The notes: a model not told the origin generated them from the sequence alone. 64,000 nt of DNA from an uncultured Bacteroidales bacterium (GCA_963849615.1 CAWKIC010000056.1:6074-70073); one strand, 5' to 3'; shown: positions 9,704-22,100, counted from the stretch's first letter. Numbers and translations: made by a program.

Positions 9704-12700
9704 ATGAACTCATTGTGGGGCAACTACCGCCGTCTGAACACACTTACCGGATGGGCCCTTTTTGCTATTTCTTCAATGGTGTACCTGCTTACAATTGAGC
9801 CTACCGTAAGCTTCTGGGATTGCGGGGAATTCATTCTCTCTGCTTTCAGGCTGCAGGTCGGGCATCCTCCGGGTGCTCCACTCTTCCTGATGATCGGCCG
9901 GATTGCCACCCTTTTTGCCCTCGGCGACACATCAAAGGTAGCCCTGATGATGAATGCCCTATCGGCCGTATGCAGCGGTTTTGCAATAATGTTCCTCTTC
10001 TGGACCATAACCCATCTTGTCAGAAAGGCCTACAACAACGGAAACGGCCTCGAGCCAAAAAATATCCTTCCGGTTATCGGAAGTGGAATAATAGGGGCTT
10101 TAACTTACACATTTTCTGATACCTTCTGGTTTTCGGCAGTTGAGGGTGAACTTTATGCGCTTTCTTCGCTTGTGACAGGACTTGTGTTCTGGGGTATGCT
10201 GAAATGGGAGGAGGAGGCCGATGAATCCTATGCCGGGAGATGGATCATCCTTATAGCATTCATAATGGGACTGGGGCTGGGAATTCACAGGCTTAACATC
10301 CTGGTCCTGCCGGTTCTTGTCTTTGTATTCTATTTCAGAAAATACGAAGTTTCAAGAAAAGGTGTGATCTACACTCTCCTTATCTCGGTAGTATTGTTGT
10401 GGCTGATGGTTTTCGTTCTGATACCGGGAGTCCCGAAAGTTGCCGGATGGTTTGAGCTACTGTTCGTAAACCTGATAGGGCTGCCGTATAACAGCGGGCT
10501 TATTCTTTTCATTGTTTTGCTGGCCGGGTTTCTGATCTTTGGAATAAAGTATTCGCTCCGGAACAAAAAAATCGTCCTGAATTATGTGATGACTGCAATA
10601 ACCGTAATTATGATAGGCTATTCATCGTATGCAATGATAATGATACGATCCTCAGCGCGTCCGCCAATGAACCAGAACAACCCTTCAGACATCTTTTCGC
10701 TTTCATACTATATTAATATGGAGCAATACGGGAGTTCTCCAAAAATTTACGGGAACTATTACAGTGCTCCGGTAATCGGTGTTAAAAATATGGTTGCCGG
10801 TTACAATAAAACAGGTGGGAAATATAAACCGTATTACAGGCCTGAATATGAATACGATAAAAAATTCATGACTGTATTTCCTCGTCTCTACGACCCTGAT
10901 CATGAAAGTGCATACAGGTATTGGGGCAGGATTAAAGGAAGGAGATATTCAGTCTCATCGGGCTCAGGGAAGGAAGCGGTTGTCTGTCCAACCTTTGTTG
11001 AAAATCTGCGGTACTTTTTCAGATATCAGACAGGATTCATGTACCTCAGGTATTTTATGTGGAATTTTGCAGGAAGGCAGAACGACCTTCAGGGCAATGG
11101 CAATCCTATTCAGGGCAACTGGATAAGCGGGATCGGTTTAATTGATGAGGCAAGGCTTGGAGACCTTGACAAGATTCCTGCCGATCTTAAAACAAATCCG
11201 GGGAGAAATACATATTTTTTTCTTCCACTTCTGGCAGGCCTGGCGGGGATATTCTGGAATTATAAAAAAAGGAGGAATGATTTCTGGCTTGTCTTTGCCT
11301 TTTTCATTATGACAGGGTTTGCAATTATCCTGTATCTGAACCAGTATCCTGACCAGCCACAGAGAAAGGGATTATGCATATGCAGGGTCGTTTTATGCAT
11401 TTGCCATCTGGATAGGAATGGGCTTTATGTTTGTGTATGAGAAAATAAGAAAGTTCTTAAAAGAACGAATGGCAGCAGTTTTGACATTGGCTGCCCTGTT
11501 ACTGGCAGTTCCGGTCCTTCTGGCATTCCAGAACTGGGATGACCATGACCGGTCAGGGCGCTACACTGCAAGGGACATCGGGGCCAATTACCTTAAGTCG
11601 TGTGCACCAAATGCCGTTCTGTTCACTTATGGCGACAATGATTCTTTCCCCGTATGGTACGTGCAGGATGTGGAAGGTGTCAGGGCTGATGTACGCGTTG
11701 CGAACCTGAGCTATATACAGGCCGGATGGTATATTGATATGATGAGGCAGAAAGCGTTCGACTCGGATCCGCTTCCCTTAACACTCCCGCCTGAAAAATA
11801 TGCTGAAGGTGTAAGGGTCCAGCTGCCCGTTAACAGCAGGGTTGACAAACCGGTTGAGTTAAGCCAGGTGGTTCAGTTTGCCGGGCAGGATGAAAAAAAA
11901 TACATGATCGATATAAGCGGCAGGGGTGATTATCTTAATTATTTGCCAGCCAGTAAATTCATAATCGATGTTGATTCTGCAAAAGTAGTATCCAATGGAA
12001 CCGTTAAAGAATATTTTAAAGACAGGATTGTATCACCTATGATCTGGGAATATACTGAAAGCGATGCTTTTAAAGGCGACCTGGCAATAATGGATCTCCT
12101 GTCGACAAACAAGTGGGAGAGACCTCTCTATTTTTCCACAACAGTTCCGTCAAGTCAATATAAAGGCCTTGAAAAATATTTTATACAGGAGGGCATGGCC
12201 TACAGGATTGTCCCTGTAAAAACTACTGTGCCGGAAGAAGGGGAATTCGGGATGATCGATCCAACGGTTATGTACGACAATATGATGAATAAATTCGAGT
12301 GGGGAAATGCAGCTGATCCATCAGTATATCTTGATGAGAATAATAAGCGTATGCTCAGCAACTTCAGAAGGATCTTCGGTAACCTGGGGAAAGCTCTTCT
12401 TGTCGCCGGCGATACGACGAAAGCTGTTGCAGCTGTCCGGAAGGGGCTCGAAATAGTGCCGCCGGAACAAATTCCTTATGATTTCTTTACAATTGGTCTG
12501 GCAGAGGTTCTGATAAGGGCAGGCAACGTGGAGGAAGGAAACAAAATCATCAGCGATGTGATCAGTTATTCAAAGGAGTATCTTGACTTCGCTTCAGGCT
12601 TAGGTCCTGAATTGCGCTTTGGCCTGGATTATGCAATTGGGATAAACATGCAGTCGCTGCTTGATATTTATAATATGGCAGGGGCTCTGAAGCTTGATTC

Positions 12701-12764
12701 CCTTTACAAGATTGTGGAGCCCGATGTTAACAGATATTACAGCATTCTATATTCTACCAAATAG
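9704..12764 (+). pseudogene. DUF2723 (TMEM260-like polytopic glycosyltransferase-type) protein, split by a +1 frameshift near 11360
   Basis: ORFs 9704..11440 and 11418..12764 are two halves of one protein of about 1020 aa. The first frame reads ...NQYPDQPQ and then nonsense (RKGLCICRVVLCICH). The second frame opens at 11340 and from 11361 reads RERDYAYAGSFYAFAIWIGMGFMF. One extra base at about 11360 explains the split. Confidence 0.85.
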
Positions 12765-12770
12765 GATTTT

Positions 12771-13394
12771 ATGAGGCTTTTCAGGCCATTCTTCCTGGCT
12801 AGGCTGATTTATCCCGATGCGCTTTTCAGGATAAAAACAAACAAAAATGAAGTGTGCCTGACTTTCGATGATGGTCCCGATCCCGGATCGACTCCCGGGA
12901 TCCTCGAAATTCTTGGCAGCCATCAGGTTAAGGCTGTTTTCTTTTGCAGCGGAACTCAGATTGAGAAGTACCCTGAACTGTCAGGACTCATTACCTCGAA
13001 CGGCCATATTACCGGCAATCACGGGTTTTTGCACCTTAGGGGATGGAAAACCGGAGCGGAACAATATATTGAAAATGCATACATGGCAGCAGGGTTTACA
13101 TCGTCCGGTCTTTTCAGGCCGCCCTACGGAAGCTTAAGCCCATTTCAGTACTTTAAACTTAAGAAATCCTTCAAAATAGTATTCTGGGACCTGATGCCAT
13201 ACGATTTTGACCCGGTTTTCGGGAAAGAACGATCGCTGGGAATACTGAAAGCTAAAATGAGGCCGGGTTCTGTAATTGTCCTTCATGACAAACCAGCCTC
13301 GACTGTTTTGTCCTTTCTGGAGGAATTTCTGGATTATGCGGAAGGAAAAGGGTACAGGTTTGTGTTTCCCGGTTTATCAGGCAAGGAACAATGA
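12771..13394 (+). CDS. polysaccharide deacetylase (NodB homology domain) family protein
   Basis: LTFDDGPDPGSTPGILEIL...VKAVFF...GNHGF...FRPPYG are NodB-domain motifs. Confidence 0.8.
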   Translation: MRLFRPFFLARLIYPDALFRIKTNKNEVCLTFDDGPDPGSTPGILEILGSHQVKAVFFCSGTQIEKYPELSGLITSNGHITGNHGFLHLRGWKTGAEQYIENAYMAAGFTSSGLFRPPYGSLSPFQYFKLKKSFKIVFWDLMPYDFDPVFGKERSLGILKAKMRPGSVIVLHDKPASTVLSFLEEFLDYAEGKGYRFVFPGLSGKEQ

Positions 13395-14515
13395 AGCTTC
13401 GGAAATAAGGCGGGTGAAACTTTTGTCAACTTCAGCTTTTTGAGCATTTTCGAAAACAGGGAAGGGGTTCTCGTGTGAGTAGGGGAAGGGGAAATCCCAA
13501 ACTTCAACTGCGTTGCGTGTGCTACGGCAATACCATTCAGGGTTTTTAAAATACCTGAAGCGGGGATCACCGAATCCTTAGCCAGGGTTATCGCCCGGAT
13601 TTGATCCTTCAGCCTTGACAAGATGCTTTCACGGAAGCCCTTGAACCTGGCAAAATCAATCATCGAACGGAAAGCCATGCCAAGCTGGCTGGAGCGGAGG
13701 TATTCAAATAAATGATTCTCCCTGCTTATCTCTTCCTCGAAATCATTAAGATAAAAGTTGTAAACTTTTTCAAAAGCAAGACTGTCCATAATAAGTTTTG
13801 AAGTGCCCTGCATGCGGCTGAATACCGAGCCCCCACAAAGCATAAAAAGCCGCGACTCTGTAAAAAGATTTTCCGGATTGCCTATCATAAGGATCTGCGC
13901 AAGGAAGGCTCCTATGGAATATGCGAAGATATTTACGCTTTCGGTTGCCGGGATGAGCTCATGCTTTCCGCTTCTGATCTGAAGTATCAGCTTTACTATA
14001 TCGGATGCTGTCTGGTGACCGGAGCTTAAAAAACGCATCGGCTCGGTGGTCAGCCGGTTACTTAGTGCAACGTTTGCGAAGCTCGACATTTGTACCGAGG
14101 TGTAATTTTCTTTCCTTTCTTTTAAAAAATCCATCATTTCCCTCGGATTGATCCATGAACCCGGCGACCGGTTAATATGAAATGAGATCGGAAAGAGAAC
14201 AACATAACTCCCGTTATTTTGCGACAACCAGTAAGCCCATACGAGGTATTTCAACCAGCTTCTCTCATTCAGACCATGGAGCAGGAGGATCACCTTCCGG
14301 CTGCTGTTACCCGGCGGAACAAAAACCGGGTAAGAGAATGCCATGTTTTCATTTATCAACGCATCATTTTTGTTTGAAAAGCCATCTATGCCAAAATCCG
14401 AGCTGAATTTCAGATTGACAATCCTGGTTTCAGATCCGGGAATCCTGATCTCTTTTTTCAAAGGATCAAATACCGTTTTAAGATCATGGTAGTTCTTTGT
14501 GTATTCAGGATTCAT
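13377..14515 (-). pseudogene. alpha/beta-hydrolase-fold protein, C-terminus displaced by a -1 frameshift within 13496-13575
   Basis: It carries LLLHGLNERSW and the nucleophile-elbow-like FAYSIGA. The tracked ORF tail (SPSPTHTRTPSLFSKMLKKLKL...) is not protein-like. The adjacent frame reads (VEVW)DFPFPYSHENPFPVFENAQKAEVDKSFTRLISEASLFLA and stops at 13377-13379. Both frames are open over 13496-13575, so the exact site is unresolved; the CCC run at 13496-13498 is one candidate. Confidence 0.6.
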
Positions 14516-14728
14516 GAATTGAGGTTCATTTATTTACAAAGTAAAAAATGATGCTTCCGGATTACAAATTATTGTGCCGGATGTACCCTTTCCGGGATGT
14601 AATATGAAATAGTGTGATATAATTTGAATATCAGGGACGAAATTCGGCCAGGGCAGATCTTAATTTTTCGCAAAAGCCCAAACCGGCGAAAAATTGTATT
14701 TTTGTGTATTGTTTCAGTTTGACAGATT

Positions 14729-15581
14729 ATGGATCTTCAAAAACCGATACCCCACTACTTCAACGAAAAGGATAACATTATCAGGCTCATAGTTTTTACA
14801 TCTCTGTTTGCGCTGGTATTCATCAATATTTATTCCCCCTTTGGATCCGACAGATGGTTTAATCTTACAAAACTTCAGTTCTTCACATTTTCAAGCCTTG
14901 TAATACTTGCAGGTGTCCTGGTTGTTGTATTAAGCAGGATAATAATGTATTACACCGGAAAAAGGCATATTATACAGGTATGGCAATACTGTGCATGGAT
15001 CTTTGCCGAAGTATTGCTGATGTCGCTTGTTTACGCCATTTTCAGTAAATATTTCCTTAAAGATGCGAGGATTTTTACAGACCTTGTTGAAGTTTCTGTC
15101 CGCAATACAGCGCTTGTCCTTTTGCTTCCCTATTCGTTAATGTGGCTCTATTTATCGTGGCAGGATAAAAAGGCACAGATTGAAAGAATGGCTGAAATAC
15201 AGTCGGTTTCGGGAGGTACGATGGACATGGTTCCTTTTTATGATGATAGGTCAATGCTTAAATTCTCGGTTAAAAAAGAGAACCTTCTTTATCTTGAATC
15301 GGCCGAAAATTATGTGAGCATTTGCTACCTTAACAAAGGCAAAGTCTCAAAATACCTGTTGCGCGATACACTCAAAAAAATGGAAGAGAATTTCGCTGGA
15401 ACAGGGATAGATAAGGTGTCACAGATCCTATATGGTTAATTTTGAGAAGGTCAGGGTTATCAGAAAAGAAAAGGACGGTTTAAAGCTTGAACTTGAGATT
15501 CCCTCGTTGTCAGATATTCCGGTATCAAGGACCTATGTGGAAAACGTGATGCTGACTTTCTCCAAGGTACAGCGGGGTTAG
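14729..15581 (+). pseudogene. membrane-anchored LytTR DNA-binding domain protein, +1 frameshift at 15410
   Basis: It has four N-terminal TM helices. The LytTR domain begins LKFSVKKENLLYLESAENYVSICYL. Frame A gives ...FAGTGIDKVSQILYG*. Frame B has a TAG at 15408-15410 and then reads IRCHRSYMVNFEKVRVIRKEKDGLKLELEIP...VSRTYVENV...* with its stop at 15579-15581. The extra base is G15410 in ATA-G-ATA. Confidence 0.78.
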
Positions 15582-15666
15582 TGAACCCGGATAACCAGTT
15601 CCTGATATCCCTGATTTTATTTAACCGAATGAAATACTACTTTTGAAAAGCCATTTAACAACTAAT

Positions 15667-16936
15667 ATGAATATTCTGATTCTTGGTTCCGGGGGAAGGG
15701 AGCATGCCCTTGCGTGGAAACTTTCACAAAGCAGTAAGATAGATAAGATATTTATAGGGCCTGGTAATGCGGGGACAAGTAGTGTCGGAACTAATTTAAA
15801 AATAAATCCGGAGAATTTTGATGAAGTCAAAAAGGCAGTTGAAGATAACGGTATAGGGATTGGTTATCGTTGGTCCTGAAGCCCCACTGGTGAAAGGTAT
15901 TCATGATTTTTTCCTGCAGGATGACTTCCTGAAAAAAGTTCCGGTGATAGGACCGGTTAAATCCGCCGCGCTTCTTGAAGGAAGCAAGGATTTTGCAAAA
16001 GCATTTCTTACAAGGCATAATATACCTACAGCCCGTTACAGGAGCTTCGATAAATCGAATCTGAACGAAGCAGATGCCTTCTTAAGAACGCTCAAACCTC
16101 CCTATGTCATCAAGGCTGACGGTCTGGCTGCCGGGAAGGGCGTGCTGATATTTGACAGAATTGAAGATGCGGAGGAGGAGCTTGACGCTATCATGGGAGG
16201 TAAATTCGGTTCTGCCGGGCAAAAGGTAGTCATCGAGCAGTTCCTTAAGGGGATTGAGGTATCTGTATTTATTATTACGGACGGTAAATCGTATAAGCTT
16301 CTTCCCGAAGCAAAGGATTACAAAAGGATTGGAGAAGGAGACGAAGGGCTCAATACAGGCGGGATGGGAGCGGTCTCTCCCGTTCCGTTCGCTACCGGAG
16401 CTTTCATGGAGAAAGTCAGGGAAAGGATAATAGATCCCACAATGAAGGGATTGATGGAGGAAGGGATAGAATACAAAGGATTTATCTTCTTCGGACTTAT
16501 AAATGTTGGCGGTGATCCCTTTGTTATTGAATACAATGCAAGACTTGGCGATCCTGAAACAGAGGCAATTATGCCAAGGATCAAGTCAGATCTTTTCGAC
16601 CTTATTGAAGGCGTTGCATTGGGGAACCTTGATGAAAGAATGCTTGAGATAGATGAAAGATTCGTGTCCTCGGTAATGCTGGTTTCAGGGGGATATCCGG
16701 GAACTTATGAAAAGGGATACGAGATTTCGGGACTTGAAAGGACAGGAGAGTGCGTCGTCTTTCATGCGGGGACCAGGATTGCAGATGGCAGGGTCGTAAC
16801 ATCAGGTGGCAGGGTGGTTGCAGTGAGTTCATGGGGCAGTACTATGAAGGCAGCTCTTGAAGGCTCCTACCGGAATGCAGGTTTAATAAAATTCACTGAT
16901 ATCTATTACAGAAGAGATATTGGATTTGATCTATAG
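15667..16936 (+). pseudogene. purD: phosphoribosylamine--glycine ligase, +1 frameshift in GGG run 15856-15858
   Basis: MNILILGSGGREHALAWKL...PGNAGT...EDNGIG runs into a stop at 15877-15879. The next frame has a TAG at 15854-15856 and then reads [19 protein letters not shown]... through a full ATP-grasp PurD. The only consistent join removes one G from 15856-15858. Confidence 0.9.
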
Positions 16937-16941
16937 CGTCT

Positions 16942-17935
16942 ATGTTTTTACGAAGATTCAAGGGCACCGGACCTGAAGTCATCGCACTGATTTTTATAGT
17001 TACGGTTCTTGTCTGGATAGGTCCCATATTGAATCCGGCGAATCCGTCATCGCCGGACTTTGTATGTGGAACCCATGCCTCTTTTCGGGTTACTTGCAAG
17101 CATTACGGGCCAAAATCAGATTGTCGGCCTTCTTTTAACTATTCTGCTTGTCCTTCTTACAGCCTTTCTTCTTGTAAACTTCAATACTTCAGGATTCTTC
17201 ATCAGTGAAAGGACTTTCCTTCCGGCGCTGTTTTATATTCTCTTCAGCGGCCTGTTTCCCACGGAACAGGTTTTGAATCCTGCACTTCCGGCAGCAATAT
17301 TTCTGATACTCGCCGTTAGAAAGATAATGGATTCATACAAAATTCAGTATACTGCGTTCTCCTTTTTCGATGCCGGACTGCTTATAAGTATCGGAAGTTT
17401 ATTCTATGCGGGATTTATCTGGTTTGGCCTGCTTCTTATTATCGGGATTGTAATTCTGAGAACAGGCAATGTCAGGGAGATTATAATATCACTTCTCGGA
17501 CTCATAACACCCTGGTTCATTACCTTTGGTCTTTATTATGTAACAGATAATGATCCGGGATCCCTTTTATCAGCCATAAAATACAACTTATCCGTACCTG
17601 TCCGGGATATCAGTCTGACAGGGATTGAAATTGCCGCTCTTACCGGGCTTGGAATAATCCTGGTGATCAGCATTTTATTCCTTTTTTCAGTGATAAACAC
17701 CAAAAAGATAAAGTCTCGAAAGACTTTCATATTATTAATGTGGGCGTTTATAATTTCAGCCGGCATCTACTTTTTTGCAAAAGGGGTATCAATTGAAATT
17801 TTGTGGCTGGCAGGAGTACCTGCAAGCTATCTTCTTTCGCACTATTTCGTGTTCAGCAAACAAAGGTTTATCCCTGAAATTTTATTTTCACTGCTTTTTG
17901 TTCTTGTTGCCCTGATGCAGATCGGCAGGCCTTGA
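16942..17935 (+). pseudogene. hypothetical polytopic membrane protein, probable +1 frameshift near 17059-17061
   Basis: ORF 16942.. begins plausibly (MFLRRFKGTGPEVIALIFIVTVLVWIGPILNPANPSSPD) and then turns Cys/Ser-rich. The +1 frame from 17060 reads LYVEPMPLFGLLASITGQNQIVGLLLT... with 7-8 TM helices. The TTT run at 17059-17061 is the likely site. I did not recognise a family. Confidence 0.55.
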
Positions 17936-17941
17936 TTGGTT

Positions 17942-19030
17942 CTATTTCTTTGCTGACGCGGGTTTGGCAAAATTTCTTTGTATCCAGCCAGGTACAATTG
18001 ATGCTCCTACGATCAGGTAAGGATAATAACTGAAGACCCTCCAGAGAATTGCTATTGCAAGTGCAATGCTTTTGGCATATTCCGGGCTTCCCGGGATTGT
18101 ATCAGAGATATATTGTCCGAGGATTATCTCTGCAAATCCGCTTCCCCCAGGAGTCGGGCTGATGATCATCATTATCCAGGTTACAAGCTGCCTGGCGAAG
18201 ATCAGGAAATGTTCATCTATGACAAAGAATGCAACAAGTATTGCATTTACCACCCAATACCTGGATGTCCATGACAGGAAGGTCGCGGTAAATGCCTTAA
18301 TCCAGAAAACAAAGGGCTGTCTCTTTAACTCAAGTGAGCTTTCAACAATATCATCCCCGGCTTTGACAGCCGAATCTTTCCATCGTCTCAGCAGGGGCAG
18401 CTTAAAAAAATAGACAATGGTTTTCTTAATCTTGATGGGATCAACAAAAAGTCCGTATCCTACTAAAAGCACCCAGGCAAGTATTATTGAATAGCCCACA
18501 ATAGCAACAATTAACAGGTTATTTAATAAGGCACCTCCTGTTCCCTGCGCAGATGTTGTGAAAAGGATATCACCTCCGACTATCAGAAGGATTACGGGAA
18601 ACATGATCACGAAATAGAGCTCGTCGAGGAAGGAGGTGGCAAGGACGATAGAGGTGCTTCTGCCCACGGAGATCCCTTCCTTGTGTATAAAGACCACTGC
18701 GACGGCAGTACCACCGACTGTTGAGGGTGTGATCGCAGAGGTAAATTCCCAGAGCATTATTACCCTGAAAGCCTGGCGCCAGGTCAGGTCCTTTTCAGAG
18801 AGGATTCTGATCCTGATGATGTATCCCAGATCTCTTCCTATCATGAAGCCCCAGGCTATTATAAGCCAGAAGACAGATCTCCAGTTGAAATTCAGGGTCT
18901 TAAGGACATCAGTGTCAATTTCTTTTACGATGAACCAGCCAACCACAGCCAGCCCGATCAGAATCGGTATCAGGATCCTGACAGGTTTAAGTTTACTTAC
19001 CAGTTTATAGTGACTATCCTGTATCATCAA
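17942..19030 (-). CDS. flippase-like / lysylphosphatidylglycerol-synthase TM-domain (UPF0104) family membrane protein
   Basis: 362 aa and polytopic, with the motif ...TPGGSGFAEI... typical of the UPF0104 (MprF C-terminal-less) family. Confidence 0.65.
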   Translation of the reverse strand: MMIQDSHYKLVSKLKPVRILIPILIGLAVVGWFIVKEIDTDVLKTLNFNWRSVFWLIIAWGFMIGRDLGYIIRIRILSEKDLTWRQAFRVIMLWEFTSAITPSTVGGTAVAVVFIHKEGISVGRSTSIVLATSFLDELYFVIMFPVILLIVGGDILFTTSAQGTGGALLNNLLIVAIVGYSIILAWVLLVGYGLFVDPIKIKKTIVYFFKLPLLRRWKDSAVKAGDDIVESSLELKRQPFVFWIKAFTATFLSWTSRYWVVNAILVAFFVIDEHFLIFARQLVTWIMMIISPTPGGSGFAEIILGQYISDTIPGSPEYAKSIALAIAILWRVFSYYPYLIVGASIVPGWIQRNFAKPASAKK

Positions 19031-19069
19031 AGATCTGGCCTTTTGACTCCGAAAAAGAGAATCTTATGA

Positions 19070-19273
19070 TCATCTGAAACTGAAAGCTTGTAAGCTTCTT
19101 TGATCCTTTTTCCACCCGTCAAATATTGTATCGGATGCAGGATTAAAGCTTCTGACTTCATGGTTTGAATAAATATTCGTTATTACCGGTAGAGTATTCA
19201 GGCCAGTAAGATTTAAATAAAAGAAGAGCAAAATTATGAAACCTGAAAGGGCAAACTTTAATGAATTCTTCAT
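19070..19273 (-). CDS. hypothetical small secreted/membrane protein
   Basis: 67 aa with an N-terminal hydrophobic segment. It sits 40 nt upstream of the next minus-strand gene. I recognised no homology. Confidence 0.3.
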   Translation of the reverse strand: MKNSLKFALSGFIILLFFYLNLTGLNTLPVITNIYSNHEVRSFNPASDTIFDGWKKDQRSLQAFSFR

Positions 19274-19364
19274 GACAGGAATTTTATTGAATGCTGAAAA
19301 AGATTAAAACAAACCAAATATAGACTATTTTCGAAATGAATTTTGTCTTCATAAAACAGTTATC

Positions 19365-21818
19365 ATGGTAAACAGAAATATTTTTCGTGGCTGGCTCTTA
19401 ATGACAATAATGTTTTTCAGCGGAGAGATTTTAGCACAGCCGTCCGGCAGAAATCTTCAGAACTTCAATTCCGGTTGGAAGTTCTATAAAGGAGAAGTAC
19501 CGGAAGGTCAGAGTCTTGCACTTGACGATTCAGGCTGGAGGGTTCTGGACCTGCCTCACGACTGGAGCATCGAAGGCCCCTTCAGCGCTGAAAATTCAAG
19601 TTGTACAGGATACCTTCCCGGGGGGAAGGGATGGTACAGAAAAACCTTTCAGGTTCCGGAGTATGAAAAAGGCCGTAAAGTTTTCATTTATTTTGACGGA
19701 GTCTACAACAACAGCGAAGTCTGGATAAACGGAAAATATCTTGGGAAACGGCCAAACGGTTACATATCGTTTCAATATGACCTTACACAACATCTGGTTT
19801 ACGGTGGTGAGAATCTTGTTGCCGTTAAGGTTGATCATTCGCTGTTTGCTGATTCACGCTGGTACACAGGCTCAGGTATCTACCGTGATGTGAAATTATT
19901 AACAACCGAACCCGTGCACATTAAGCAATGGGGAGTATATTGGAGGACCTCAGGGGTATCCGCCGCAGGTGCCGTGCTATCGGCTGATGTCACTGTAATG
20001 AATGAAACAGGTCACAATGTAAAAGTTAAGGTCGTCACCACACTGAAATACGGAAATGAGGTTGTCGGTAAGTCAACTAAAAAAATATCATTCGACGGTT
20101 CATCTGAAGAAACAGTCAATCACGTTTTTAATGTTACCAATCCAAAATTGTGGGATACTGAAAACCCCGAACTCTATTCTCTTGTCACCGAAGTACACGG
20201 CAGGGAACTTCTCGACAATACAGTAACGGCGGTTGGTTTCCGGGATTTAAAATTTGATGCCGGTAAAGGCTTCTTCCTTAACGGTAAAAATCTGAAACTA
20301 AAAGGGATATGCATGCATCACGATGCGGGAGCGCTGGGGACAGCAATTCCGAGGGAAGAGATAGCACGACGCCTTGATATACTGAAAGAGATGGGATGCA
20401 ATGCAATCCGTACAAGCCATAATCCGTTTTCATCCGATTTTCTTGACCTGTGTGATGAGAAGGGATTCCTGGTTATCGACGAGGCATTTGATGAGTGGGA
20501 GCTGCCAAAGAAGAAGTGGCTTGCAGGATGGAATGCAGGAACACCCGGGAAGGAAGGTTACTCTGTCAATTTTAAGGAATGGGGAAAGACCGACCTGAGG
20601 GATTTTGTTTTGAGGGACCGGAATCATCCATCGGTAATAATGTGGAGTATTGGAAATGAAGTGGATTATCCCAACGATCCGTATACCCATCCTGTATTAA
20701 ATACTGAAGCAAACCCCCAGACCTGGGCTAAGTTCAGCGAAGATCTGCCTCATGCCGGCAGGCTGGGAGAGATTGCCAGGGAACTCGTTGCTGTGATCAG
20801 GGAACTTGACGGAACCAGGCCGGTAACCGCGGGACTTGCCTCAGCTCTCATGTCGAATGAAACAGGATACGCTGATGCACTGGATGTCGCTGGTTACAAT
20901 TACCAGGAGTTCAGGTACGCGTCGGACCATAAAAAATACCCCAACCGGCCTGTTTATGGAAGTGAAAACGGGATGACACTCGAAATGTGGAATTATGTTG
21001 CTGATAATGAATATGTGATGGGACAGTTTCTCTGGACAGGATTTGAATACATAGGTGAAGCAGGACGATTTCCTTCACGCTCCAATACCGCCGGTGTTAT
21101 TGACCTTGCGGGGAATAAGAAACCTGAATTCTACTTCAGGCAAAGTCTCTGGAGCGACAAGCCAATGGTTTTCATTGGAACAACTGACCGGCTGACAGAT
21201 TCAAGACCTGAAAGCCTCTGGGCGCATAAAAGGGTTGAGCCGCTCTGGAACTGGGCTGATGGGAAAGCTATAAGTGTCAATGCCTTTTCGAATTGCGAGG
21301 AGGTAGAACTCTTCCTGAACGGTCGTTCTCTTGGAAATAAAAAGATGGCAGCCTTTAAGAACAGAACGATCACCTGGGAAGTGCCTTTTGAAAAAGGAAC
21401 CCTCAGGGCGGTTGGCAGGAATAGCGGAAAAGAAGTTGCGACGAATGAATTAAAGACAACAGGAAAACCGGTCAGGATTAATACGGTTGTTGTAGAGACA
21501 GGTCTGAGACCTGTCTCTACAACGACAACGACAACCGACATGATTCGCATATTTGTAACAATTTGTGATGAATCAGGTACCCTGGTCTATTCAGCAGACA
21601 ATGAGATAACCTGCACAATCGCAGGGCAGGTCCGTTTGCTGGGAATGGAGGATTCAAATCCTTCAAATGTGGAAGATTATAAGGATAACAAACAACATGC
21701 TTTTCATGGAAAGCTGCTGATATACCTGATGCCGGCAGCCAAAGCAGGAAAGGTAACGGTTACATTGTCCTCTCCCGGTCTGGAAGGAAAAGAAATTGAG
21801 TTGGAAATTAAGGAATAG
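19365..21818 (+). CDS. glycoside hydrolase family 2 (beta-galactosidase-like)
   Basis: It has a signal peptide, then LPHDWSIEGPF, RWYTGSGIYR, AIRTSHNP, MWSIGNE and the C-terminal GH2 beta-sandwich domains. Confidence 0.85.
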   Translation: MVNRNIFRGWLLMTIMFFSGEILAQPSGRNLQNFNSGWKFYKGEVPEGQSLALDDSGWRVLDLPHDWSIEGPFSAENSSCTGYLPGGKGWYRKTFQVPEYEKGRKVFIYFDGVYNNSEVWINGKYLGKRPNGYISFQYDLTQHLVYGGENLVAVKVDHSLFADSRWYTGSGIYRDVKLLTTEPVHIKQWGVYWRTSGVSAAGAVLSADVTVMNETGHNVKVKVVTTLKYGNEVVGKSTKKISFDGSSEETVNHVFNVTNPKLWDTENPELYSLVTEVHGRELLDNTVTAVGFRDLKFDAGKGFFLNGKNLKLKGICMHHDAGALGTAIPREEIARRLDILKEMGCNAIRTSHNPFSSDFLDLCDEKGFLVIDEAFDEWELPKKKWLAGWNAGTPGKEGYSVNFKEWGKTDLRDFVLRDRNHPSVIMWSIGNEVDYPNDPYTHPVLNTEANPQTWAKFSEDLPHAGRLGEIARELVAVIRELDGTRPVTAGLASALMSNETGYADALDVAGYNYQEFRYASDHKKYPNRPVYGSENGMTLEMWNYVADNEYVMGQFLWTGFEYIGEAGRFPSRSNTAGVIDLAGNKKPEFYFRQSLWSDKPMVFIGTTDRLTDSRPESLWAHKRVEPLWNWADGKAISVNAFSNCEEVELFLNGRSLGNKKMAAFKNRTITWEVPFEKGTLRAVGRNSGKEVATNELKTTGKPVRINTVVVETGLRPVSTTTTTTDMIRIFVTICDESGTLVYSADNEITCTIAGQVRLLGMEDSNPSNVEDYKDNKQHAFHGKLLIYLMPAAKAGKVTVTLSSPGLEGKEIELEIKE

Positions 21819-21977
21819 CGCCAAGCAGACCGAACCAGGGAAAAAAATGATCTGTTTGTTGTCAGCTGTGATAAAGTTGCTGATTTTAAGCATTGGATTG
21901 ATAAATGATAGTGTGGTAATAATTAATTTTTTTACATTTGTCCGTTCCGGTACTATACGGATAAAGTGGAAAAACCT

Positions 21978-22100
21978 GAAACCCATTAACCGCAAAGTTC
22001 GCTAAAATTGAAAACCTGAGAACGCAAAGAAATGCAAATCAACATTATAACTTTGCGACCTTTGCGAAAACTTTGCGTGCTTTGCGGTTAAAAAGGACGC
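21978..22100. repeat. hairpin repeat, CGCAAAG-word subfamily
   Basis: The left terminus is AAACCCATTAACCGCAAAGTTCGC. The right arm has CTTTGCG x4 at 22051/22060/22071/22080, the same 9/11/9 spacing as 4878-4913, and ends GCGGTTAAAAAGGAC. Confidence 0.75.
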
